DNA of 64,000 bases from Thalia democratica. Lineage: Eukaryota. Within the stretch, counting starts at the first letter, position 1; each line of letters opens with the position of its first letter. Both the position numbers and the translations under genes were made by a program. Of the stretch, positions 44,582-56,001 are shown one piece after another. The notes beneath the pieces were generated by a model. That model had not been told where the DNA came from and ran no database searches. It was given only the letters and a program-made list of their open reading frames with translations. The DNA is taken from positions 31,124,001-31,188,000 of the forward strand of contig OZ241826.1 in NCBI GenBank assembly GCA_965202585.1, in the 5' to 3' direction.

Positions 44582-47500
44582 ATGTATATCTTCATTTTTG
44601 ATATCGGTCTTAGTAGGACTACAGGTATGTTTGGTTGCAATTTAAATAAAGTATTTTTTTAACTTTTTTTACTTTGTTTTAAATGTACTAAATAATTAAA
44701 TTAAACTCCTTAATTTATAAGTTTTAAACTCGAATAAAAAAGATGCATACTACTGTTTTTAAGTTTGATGTACACTTTATTGAGATTGTTTTTCTTCTAA
44801 TAAACTGTTTTTGTACTCATCCCGGTTATTTTTAAAAATCTTCTGTTGTATAGTGACCTACATACTTTATAGGAAATATTTACTAAAGTTTGCTTATATT
44901 GAAATGAACACTTATTCAAATAACTTTAAGCTTGAAAAAATGTGGTTCTTTTACTATCAAAAGTTTTAGTTTAGTTTGATCTTTAAAACTTAAAAATAAA
45001 TTATTTCAATTATTTCTTATTTTAACGATTTGAATTTCAAATGTAGTATATAAACTAAGATAAATCAAATTAGTAACTTCTCTCTTAGTGGCTATTAGTA
45101 CTATTTTTCTTACTCTACTTTAAAACTTATTTTTAACTTTGTGGCATACAAAATGTAAAAATAAGTAACTATTTCTATCGTATAAACCTTATAGTAATGC
45201 TTAATTTAACTTTAAATTTATTTTTTATTGTTGATATAGATTTCCATTGTATAAGTTTTAACTTTTGCAGTTATATAATTTAAGGGTTGGAAGTGGTATT
45301 AGTAAGTAATGTTAGTTTTAAAGTAATGGGAATCTTTTAAATTTTATAGTTTAAACAGTTCATTTTTTTTTTCAAAGTTGAGCAATTATTAAGAATAACA
45401 AAATTAATTTTAGTTTTACTTTTTTATATATGCAGTTTTATACAGTCATTTGTCTTAACTAAAAAAGTACTGCTCAATATACCATAAAATAAAGAGCTTA
45501 TTTTGATATAATAAAAAACGTGCAAATCAAATTATTTTCATTACCCGTTTTCAGTGGCAAAAGTTCCGATTTTGTCAAATAAACAAACTATTATAAACTG
45601 TTAATTGTAAATACAATTTAATATTTTGCTTACTTAAAAAGTCGAAGTCTTTCCCACTGAAACCGGGTAATGAATAAAACAATCAATTTGCACATTTATT
45701 AATATATTTGTACTCATTTTTAATGCGTTTCACCGTAGTTAAGAAATACAAATATGTACTTTTTAGTATAATATATATACAACAATATATTTGTTCCTAA
45801 AACCGTTTTAATATGCAAATATATTTTCTTAGTAATTTTTATCTTGTATTTCACATCTGTAAGAAAACAAATATCTAAAAATAAAAAATTATTGGCTTAT
45901 ATATTGTCTGTAAATACTTCCGATGATATTGCTCCCAGACAGACAAGATGCTTATTTTCAAAGCTTCTCTCTTGATCTATTTTTACACAAAAAGGAAATG
46001 TTTATGTTTACTGCACTTATTGATTTTTTTCATGTTATGTTTAATAACACTTTAATAAACTAATAATAAAAATAAAGGTGCAGGAAAGTTTAGTTTGGTT
46101 GAAGTTGGAGCGGGGGAGGTGGGCGAAGGCGCGTGCGAGGGAACGAAGAAGGAGGCAGACTTCAGGGGAGCGAAACCGGAGGAAATCAGGAGGACGTTGG
46201 TGGGAAGCGGGGCGCTGGAGGAGCACTTTGATGGTTACTTGCGGTTGAGGAGCGAACTTGCGGGGTGCGCGGAGTATTTGAGGATCGTGGAGGGGGAGGC
46301 GCACGGGTTTCGGAGCTGCAGGCCGATGTCGGAAGGTTTCAGCGTCGTTTGCGAAAGGAGCGTGGCAACGAGCTCTCCGGCGAGCGGCGCCGAAGACGGA
46401 AGGGAGAGTGAAGGTGAAGGAACTTTGAAACTTGTTCTCATCATTGTCGTGGCAGTTGTCGCTGCTTCGTTGGTGGTTGTCGTGTTGGGCTGCTGGCACT
46501 GTAAAAAACAGCAAAAAGTAAAAGTTAGTGATGTTTTTTGGTACTTTAAACAATTTTTTAACCGAAAGGTCCTAACAAAATATTTATGTTTGTATTTTGT
46601 TTAAATCATTGCTTTGTTTTGTCTTCTTTTTTTCATAGTATATTTTCTATTTATGTGATTTTGTAGTGTTTTCATGACATTTTCAGATATAAGTACAAAA
46701 AAAAAAGATTGTAATATTGCAAAATATATTATGTTTTTAGGTTTTTTTTTAACCAACGTATTGCTTTGTTTCTAAATCAAGCTTTAAACAAAAGATAATA
46801 AAAGCGTAAAGTTAAAAACAAAGTTTTTTTTTTAATTTTTGAATTCTTAACACTTAAAGGAGTTAAATCTTTTTAGAGTAGATTCAAAAATTGTTTTAAT
46901 TTTTCTTTAAGCTAATCAGAATAAAGTTGCTTTTATCTTTTCAAACTAACAAATTTTTGCTTCTGTTTTGATATTCAATTGATATAAATACAACAACTAA
47001 GATAACCTATACTTCAAATAATAACTAATATAATAAATGTACAGTTTGAGCTGAAATGTTATGAGCAATGATTTGTATATAAAATGATATTAACGTGTCA
47101 AAGAATGTTATAAAGACTTGTTAAAACAATTTATTTATGTTAAAAATGTGGTAAATGACATTTTTCTGGTAACATACTGTTATTTAATTTTAAAAACTTT
47201 TCTTTTAATTTTGTTTAACTAAGTTTGCATTAAGTTAAGTTTACTTTTGTTTGTTGATTGAACAATTTTAGTTATATTAAATAGTATGTATGAAAGGCAT
47301 AGCGTGTTTTATTTTGTCTTTAAGTATATAGATATTTTTTATTGAATTTATAGAGCTTAAAGTTTTGTTTAACAGTTAATTTATAATAGATAGAAAATAA
47401 GTTGATAGTATTTGGTTGTTTACTTGTTCTTTAAAAATTTAAAAGTATAAATTAAAATATAAAGTCTACAGTAATTTTTTGAAGCAATTTGTTTAATAGA

Positions 47501-50500
47501 ATAACTGATAAGCATTACAAAGTAGTTAGTAGTTTTATGTTTAGCTATACATTCATTTTAATTTATAGACCAGAATTATTTTTAGCAAAAGTTAAAAAGC
47601 CTGTATTTGTATTAATTTTTGAACTAGTTTTTAGTCTTTATTAATATTATGTCTATAGACTTTGTTTGTTATAAATTAAAAAACTGTAAATTACATGTTT
47701 ACTATATTTAAGCAAAGTCAGTTATATTAAATAAATCTGCTTAACTTTCGTATTTGAACTTTTTTTGTCACATATAAAAAAGTTGGTTATAATTAAGTTG
47801 CTTTAAGGTGTTTTTATCTTTGTTATGACTAAAAATATATTTTTTTGTTAGTTTTAATACTAAAACTACCAACTTTACAATTTTTTGTCATCACTTTACT
47901 AAAGGGGCTTTTTAAAGAATGTTTTATTAAGTTTTAAATTTCTGCTGTTACCAAATATTGTCTTCTACTTTCATAAAGGCTTATAAAAGGGTCGTTTAAA
48001 CGTTTTTTAGTGCTTATTTCAATTAAAAGACTAATATTTGGAAAACTAACAATTTGGTTTTTGGTAAGTTATTTTTTATTTATATGATTTTGTAGGGTTT
48101 TGTAGGATTTTGTATTTTGGTTTTGTATTTAATGTACAGTTTTACAAATAAAAAGATTCTGTTAATGTAATGTTGCAAAATATATTATGTTTTAGGTTTT
48201 TTTACCAAAATACTGCTTTGATTCTACACCATGCTTTAAACAAAAGATAATGAAAGCTTAAAGTTAATATTAAAGTTTAACTTTTTAGTTTTTAACACTT
48301 ATAGAAGTTAAACTTTTTTTAATAACTTTTTAATGAAAAGGAAACAAATGCATGTTAAATTTTAATAAGTTGTTTTATATTTTTAGCAAGATCTGCGAAT
48401 GAAGAAGGTAGTTGGGAAAAAGATGGAGATGCTAGAAGGTAATTACAGAAAGATTTTGAAGTTTAACTTTTTGGAAGGGATTAGAGAGGTTAGGTTTTCA
48501 AACAAAAATTTGCAATGCTTTACAAAATCTAAAAGTGTATAGAAATGGGATAATAAAACTGTTTTATATTTCGATAGTCGTACAACTTTATCAAAATAGT
48601 TTTAACTTTTTTGAACTGTTAAAAACGTAAGCTATACAAATTCCTATGAAATTTTACTAATATAATATCTCATGATTAAAATAAACTAACTGCTAAATAA
48701 GATACTAATGTTTTATTTATTTGTAGGGAGCTTTTGGTACGATGATTAAGGCTGCCTACCAGCCTGACGACCAAAAATACCTCGTGAACCTCAAAACTGT
48801 CCAAAGCCTGTAAGTTAAAAATTCATATTTATTTCACCAAAAATGTTGTATTTGTCATTTGTGAAGTTAAAAGTGCTTCTTCTAAGAATCTACTGCTTGA
48901 CTGTTATAAAAATTAAGTAGTATAAAAACTTTTGTCAGTGTTTAATATTAAACAAAAGTTTTAAATTCTATAACTATGTAGAATAAATTTTAAAACTCAA
49001 TGTTTTAAAAACAATTTTAAGCTTATTTATATTACTTAAGCAGATAAGTTGTATCTAATATATTTACAAATGCTTATTTTACATATTTTGTTTTGAAATA
49101 TTAATAGCAACATACAAGTTATAGCATTGCTTAGAATAAAATAATTTCAAGCTACGACAAGATGACCGCTGAAAAGGAGGTTTCTCATTCCTCGAAGTTC
49201 TCCCACAAAAACGTGTTGAAATACGTGGACGTTATGTGGGAGAACTTTGATGACAAACTTAGGTTAGTTGAAGTTCTTAACAAGTTTTGAACAAAAAAAT
49301 TAATTAAATCTTACACTTTTGTTTTCATTACATGGCAAGTTAATATAAAAGCTAGTATTTGTAGTACCCAGTGTTAAATTTGATGATTCAAATTGAAAAA
49401 TGAAAGGTTTAATAGTTGCTTCTTAACAAGAAAGTTAAAAAACTTGGTCAATTTGTTACATAAGACAAACACAAAAAAACGTCTCAAGTTGTTCTAGTTA
49501 TTTTTTTTCAACTTCAACTTTATTTTTGTACAGTGATCTCCTTTCAACCATTTTGGACGAGGAAGTTGTTCTGGATTTGCAGAGGAAGTGCCAACAAATA
49601 CGTTAGATATTAACTTTTACTTAATTTTATTTTCCAAATTTTATTTGATTTTTTGTATCAAAAAATACATATAATATATTACAAAATTTACAGTTTCTTA
49701 GTTTCACCGCAAAACGGATTTTCAAACTGTGATTTTCCAACAAAAAAATCTATTAAGCTGACAAACTGCAAAATTTGATAAAAGTGTAGCGAAATTTTTA
49801 GAAAAAAACATGCTTTATGATTGCTTTGTGATTTTTTTAATGCAAAACCACAACTTAGAAATCCGTTTTGCAGTGAAACTAAGTAACTGTAAGTTTTTTA
49901 GTAAGTTATCTTTTTAAATATATGAACATTCAGTTTGTTTTGAATTGATTCCTGTGTTAAGTCTGTATAAACCAATTATTGAAAAAAACTATACAAAAAT
50001 ATTTAATTTTCGAAAAAATATCTAAGTACATATTATTTAAACCAAACTTTATTTTTTTCTTAACTTAATTTTAGTTACTAACATTTAAATTATATAACAC
50101 TCTAAATTATGAATGGTTCACTTTTGCACGAGCGTCACTTTAGCAAGAGTATCGTTGTGCAACAATGCTGCCGTAAAAAAAGACGCCGTGCAAAAATGAC
50201 CCTGCGTGCAAAAGCGTCTCCTCCGGCAAAAGTCCGAAAATGACCCTGCGTGCAAAATTGACCCTCCGTGCAAAAGTGTCCTCTCGTGCTAAAGTGACGC
50301 TCGTGCAAAAGAGTCGCCGTGTAAAAGTGTCCCACGTGCTAAATTGACCCTTCGTGCAAAAGTGACGCTCGTGCAAAAGTGTCCTCTAGTGCTAAAGTGA
50401 CACCCACCTTTCTAAAGTAGGGGTCGACAAACTGAGACAAAAATTTCTGGCCTGCGAAATTTACAATTATATTTATTTATATGCTTGAGAGTTAAATTAT

Positions 50501-53500
50501 GATTAATTGTAAACATGTCATTACACAGATGCGCTTATATTTATGTTTTTATTTGAAGTAAAATGAATATTAAGACGCTGTAGCCCGCAAAGCACTTTTT
50601 TCTTTTAGTCTTGCGAGGAACTTTTTTCTGGTAACTCTGACTTCTTTCTCTTTAAAAGGTCCAACTCCTGCTCTAAAGCTATTTGTTGACATACAACTAG
50701 TTTACATTAAATATTTCGTTTCAGTATTATTTTTTTTTTCAAGCTTGTAGACAGAAAATTTATCAACACTATTTGATTTAGTATTCTAACTTAGTATTAG
50801 TTTACAAGTACCAAACTTAAAAACACAGCTTTGCATTTAGTGTAAAACCAACAGCATTATAGTTTATTGAACAACAAAAAAATGCGCTCCAAATATTTGG
50901 TCCTAGGTTTTGGTGCACAAAGAACCTTTCGGTTATCGAGTCGCATACCACGGATACCTTTTAACGACTTGTCCAGGACAATATAAAAATGTCTTGTTCG
51001 AACTTCAACGTATATAATTAATCCTCGTACAGTAAAGATCAATTAATTAAGAGTATATTTTTTTAAAATTAACTTCATAAGAATTTCAAGTTCAAAATTA
51101 ATAGTTTTTTATACTAACACTAAATAATAATCTTTTTTAATGTTTTTTTAAAACTACTGTTTCTATATAACAAAAGGTATCCTGAAGTGTGAAATGTTAA
51201 AGAAGTTTTTTGAATTTTTGTAAAATGTTTCTGTTAATGAAGAAAAAAAAATACTACTAACAAAGTTATTCTTTTAGCTTTACTTTTAAATTATTTTCAT
51301 GACTAAGATTAGCTACCTGTATTAAAAAAATAATCATTGAACTTTAAGTTATATTTTAGTATTTCATACTAAATATATTATTTTATAATATGTTTTAAAA
51401 ATTATTTCACACTTTTTAGAATATAGGTGTTTATAAAACGATTTGTTTTGTATCATTTGAATATGTAAGTTTTTTTAGTACCAATTTAGCCTTAAATCAA
51501 ACAAGAGTACATTCATAGAAAGTTTGGTATTTGTATTAATCAAACAGTACATTATAGTTTACAACACAAAAGCATGTTTATAATAATATTTAAATCAAAC
51601 GTAACATGAACAAGTATTAATTCGGTAGAGTAAAGATTATTCCATAAAAACATAGTTATTAACTTTTTTCGTTACTAGTCAACAAACAAATACTTATAAA
51701 ATAATTTTACTTCAGCCCCGCAGATATGTATTGTCCAGTTTCAAAGCGCAAACAAAACAATTTTAAAAGAACTACAGGACACAGTAGGGCGGAGATTGTG
51801 TCCTAACGAAAGTTTTCGTGTTGTTGACGAGGTATGTAAAATAAGATACGTATAAAATGTTCTTAAGTGTAAAAATAAAACCTATAAACTTATAGCTAAA
51901 TTACTAAGTTTCGTTCTGATTATAATTAAAATCAGCTGCTAGATAAATATGATAATCTTCGTTTTGATAATATGACATAAGTAAACTTTTTTTTTACAAT
52001 AATTTTGTATATTTTAATAAACTTTTGTTTTTAGGTTTTGTTGTGGTTTTTAAATCTACATTATATCTAGACTGTGAAAAGTACATGACTGTTTTACTAA
52101 AGTATTCAGCTATTTAGTTATAAACACACGTATAAATAAACACATAACATTAGGTAGTTAAGTTTACAATATTTTATGAAAAAAAGAATAGTTTTTTGTT
52201 CATTCAGTAAAAACTTCAAACTTTTAATTACCAGATCCTCGATGCGCTGCAGTACCTGCATGAGGAACACCTGATGGTCCACTGCAACGTGAATCCGGAA
52301 ACCATCTTTCTGGATGAGCGCCATCAGGTGAAGCTTTCAGGTTTCGGAGAGTCTCAGAGTTCCAGTGAGTTTATTTATGAGCACTCGGTCTTAGTTATTT
52401 ACACGTTTTAAACAAATATTCAACAAAAAAATAGTCGAAACGTGGTATTCAAGTTCAGTACAATCTTCAATAAAAACGTAGTTTTGATTAAGCAAATAAA
52501 TATGGATATAATTTATAAACTGTTGCTCAATACTTACAGTGCCGACCACTGACAATTTGCCGACCGGTCTGGTCTTTGTTGACCCGAAGATGTTTGTCGG
52601 CACAGAACTCTACTCGCCCCTTGATCAGGTAATTATGAGTTGTTGCACTATTTAATTCTCAGTTTTAAATTATTAAATTAAAAAATATGGTTGAGATTCG
52701 AATATTCTTGCATAAAAGTTTTTCTTAATGCACAGACAATTCAATTTATATATTTTTTTCTTTGGATTAGCAACCATTAAAATATATATTTAACTAGAAA
52801 TAAAACTTAAATTTTTTGGTTTATACACTAATGTTTTGTATGAAAGTTTGTATTGAAATAATGTCAATTTATTGTTCCAAACAGCACACAAGCCCATTCA
52901 CCTCAACCGTAGACTTGTATTCTACTACCCTTGTGGCCGTGTTGCTCTTCTCTCGCCCCAGGGACATCAGGGACACAGTTGAGGAGGCCAAGATGTTGAC
53001 GTTGCCACGCGAAATAAACGCGGATCTGGTTTGTTTTGCTTGTTTTTCATGATTCTAAACTAATTGCTAATTATTAATCATTGATTTTGTTTTTCATGAT
53101 CCTTTGATAATTATTAACTGATAATCTCTTAATGTTATCATTAGAGATTACAATTATTAATGTTATCCTTAAAAAAATTCATAAAAAATTTTAGGCTGAA
53201 CTTTTGAAGAAGGTTCTGTTCAAGACTGGAACGCTTCGACTCTTGGCAGGAACGTTCAGGGAGGAGCTAGCAAAAATCAAGGGGGAAATGGTAAGTTTTG
53301 TTTTGACTTAATAATCAGTTTTCTAAACGTTTACTAGTTTTTATCTAGTTTGCACTTATTTGTTTAAATCCATGGTTCTTACTTATTTCACAATTTTATC
53401 AGTATTCATAAGTCATAAAAGGTTGTGATTATTTATTTTTCAAACGCTTAAACAAATCTCAACTTCAAAACTCTTGTTAAGAAAAGTAATTGAGCTGAAA

Positions 53501-53646
53501 TGCAAATTAATGACGTTTAAAAATATAAGCTATATATAATTTACACATTTTGTTAGTAATGTCGTTTAATTGCTTATAATTTATGTTTCAATGTAGTTAA
53601 TTACTCAACTTAGACAATTTTACATTAACAGGTGGCTGTAATTTAG
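44582..53646 (+). CDS. Single-pass receptor pseudokinase (CTLD-like ectodomain, TM, eIF2-alpha-kinase/PKR-like dead kinase), about 478 aa
   Basis: Phase-consistent exons 44582-44624, 46084-46523, 48387-48488, 48727-48809, 49152-49262, 49534-49601, 51716-51831, 52235-52364, 52540-52628, 52885-53028, 53195-53290, 53632-53646 sum to 1437 nt with no internal stop. Motifs GAFGTMIKA, YLVN, AEKEV..SHKNVLKY, YLHEEHLMVHCNVNPETIFL, VKLSGFG, TVDLYS. First exon and start codon uncertain. Confidence 0.8.
45520..45693. mobile_element. Short MITE with about 45-bp imperfect TIRs
   Basis: GTGCAAATCAAATTATTTTCATTACCCGTTTTCAGTGG versus CCACTGAAACCGGGTAATGAATAAAACAATCAATTTGCAC. Confidence 0.7.
46660..48320. repeat. 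Direct duplication inside intron 2 (about 46700-46870 vs about 48165-48320)
   Basis: Shared TTGCAAAATATATTATGTTTT..GCTTTAAACAAAAGATAAT..AAAGTTAA. Confidence 0.6.
49685..49895. mobile_element. MITE with about 35-bp TIRs
   Basis: TTACAGTTTCTTAGTTTCACCGCAAAACGGATTT / AAATCCGTTTTGCAGTGAAACTAAGTAACTGTAA. Confidence 0.7.
50113..50407. mobile_element. Short foldback element made of the CGTGCAAAAGTGAC repeat family
   Basis: Inverted head (GTCACTTTTGCACG x2) followed by about 10 direct units; same family as 37321-38711. Confidence 0.7.
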
Positions 53647-54260
53647 GTGGTAGTTGAGTTCATGGTAAACATGTTTAAAGTTCGACATCTTTGAACATTA
53701 GGTCTTTTCTTTTTTCGTTTATGTTTTAAAATTATGATTATTTAAATTTTATTTAAAACTTATTTAAATTATGATGATGAGTGCAGTAAGTTTTGTTTTA
53801 ATTGTCTTCATAATTAATCTTTGAAACTTTTACTTGTTTTTATCTAGTTTGCACTTATTTGGTTAAATTGATTGTTGCTGCTAGTTACACAACTGTTATT
53901 ATTAAAATTATTAATAAGACATAAAAATTAGTAGCATTCATTTCTTTAAACATCTCAACTTGAGTAAGTCTAGTTTAGAATTAAAATTTAGCTAAAATGC
54001 ATATTAATAATGTTTTTTCAAGTGGAAATGAGATATAATATATCCTCATTATTTTGCAAGGTAGGTATTATTGAAGAAATTCTTTTGTTTGTTAGTATTT
54101 AACTACTCAACTTATGTTTTTACTTTAACAGGAGGCTGCAATATAGGAACTGGTGGTAGGTATTTGAAGTTCGAAATTTCTGAACATAAGATTTTCATTT
54201 TTTCATTTATGTGTTAAAATTATGCTTATGTTACTTTATTATCTAGATATTATTACTTAG
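53330..54260 (+). repeat. About 500-bp tandem duplication containing the terminal coding exon
   Basis: TTTTTATCTAGTTTGCACTTATTTG at 53338 and 53836; AACAG-GTGGCTGTAATTTAG (53632) versus AACAG-GAGGCTGCAATATAG (54132). Confidence 0.7.
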
Positions 54261-56001
54261 AATTTATTTGACTAGTAAAGTAGTTTTTGAAGATTAAATT
54301 GAAATCTAAACTGTTTATATTTTAATAAGTCTCGAAATTATAAACTTTGTTTTTAATTAAGCTTTCTTATACAGTCTTTATCTGAAAATAAGGAAAAACA
54401 ACACTTTTATATGTATTTTTATTAAAGTGTATAAGGTTTTTAGTTTTTTGCAGTTAGTCTTTTATTAGATTAGTTTAACTATTCTAATAAACTTTTAACC
54501 AAAACAGATTATTTTTGGTAGCAGAATTTTAGTGAATAGATAAATTGTCGTTTTAACTAATTAGATCAATTATTATACATTTAGATAATTTCGTTCAGTT
54601 GTTTTTTCTTTAAAACTGTTTTATATGTTTAAGATTTAAAGTTAACTTTACACTTAATTTAAACACATTTATTTTTGAAATAAACAATTGCTTATACTTT
54701 TTTTTCTGAAAAATAACAGCTAGTAATATTTCTTGTAACTTTAACTATTCTTAGTTTGTTGAAACGTTTTTTTTAAGTTAATAGTCGGACTAAAGGTTCT
54801 AGGTTTTTTGTGTTTAGTAGTTTAATGAGATTTTCTTTTACTTTTTTTTTCTTTAAACTGTTTTGGATGCTCTAAATTTTAAAGTAATAAATTGCTTATG
54901 GTGTTAGTATTATAAATACTTAATTTAAATTTGATCTTAAAGCAATGGAAAAAAAAAAAACGGAAAACTAAATGTTTTTGACTTAAATTTTCTACATAAT
55001 TAGTATTAATTGTTTACTAAACCTTTAAGCAATCTGCATACTTGTAACATGAAAAGGTGCAAATAATAAAACGAGTTATTATTACTGCTGTGTACTTCTT
55101 ATATTGATAAACTTTAGTTGTTAAAAACCTTGGCTGAGTCTATAAGATATTTAACTCTTTTTTTACTTCATTGTAAAACTTGTTTTTCGGTTATAGAGAG
55201 ATTTATACAGTAAACTTTAAAATATGAAATATCTTACGTTTACTTTTAGTGTACCTGTGACATTTTTCTGTCGAAACTTAGTCGAAAGTTGACATAAAGT
55301 TCACTAAAGGTTTTATCAAATAAGATTATTAATTTTATATTCCATCAAGAATTGTCTGTTTTTTTAACTTTTAAGAATTTATTTTATTCATTCACTTTTG
55401 ATTTATTAGGCTTTTTATACAAGAGCTGCACTTTTTGGTGAAAATGTTTTAGGTTTTACCTTACATACTTTTTATATCAAGTCAAGCTGTTAAAAAATGT
55501 CTGACTTTCTTTTCATAAATTAATGAATAATCTAAGGATGCAAAAAATGTAAATGAGTTGTAAGCTAATATATTATAATTAATTAAAATCAACAATACTT
55601 TAATTGATTTTGCTAATTTGTTTTTTACACCAATCTAATTACTTAATTAGTTTTTTTAAGTTATTATTTTTTTAAAAAGCTATTGTTCTATTTAAATTTT
55701 TGCATTAAGTTTCTGAAGATTTGGAGTGAAAATATTTTAAAATTCTTATGGTAAAACAATGATCGTTATTTTATATGGGTAAAAATATATTTCAATTATA
55801 AATTGTTCCTCAAGAACTTTGGGTCGACCTGAGAAAGTAAGGTGTAATTTCTGCTCTTCAGAAGTTTTTGATACTTTTGTTAACAAATAAACTTCTTGTT
55901 AGAATTAATACTTTGAAATTGTATAAAATATTTTAATTTAACATTTTTTCACTGCATTAGGCCATTGCTTTTAAGATGAAGAACTTGTTACAGAGAAATA
56001 G

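Noticed and set aside
46041-46553. 170-aa and 69-aa minus-strand ORFs
   Set aside because: Shadow frames of the GC-rich plus-strand exon; no motifs or splice support.
50135-50376. ORFs at 50135/50140 (also 58758, 62826, 63002)
   Set aside because: Translations of the CGTGCAAAAGTGAC tandem repeat.
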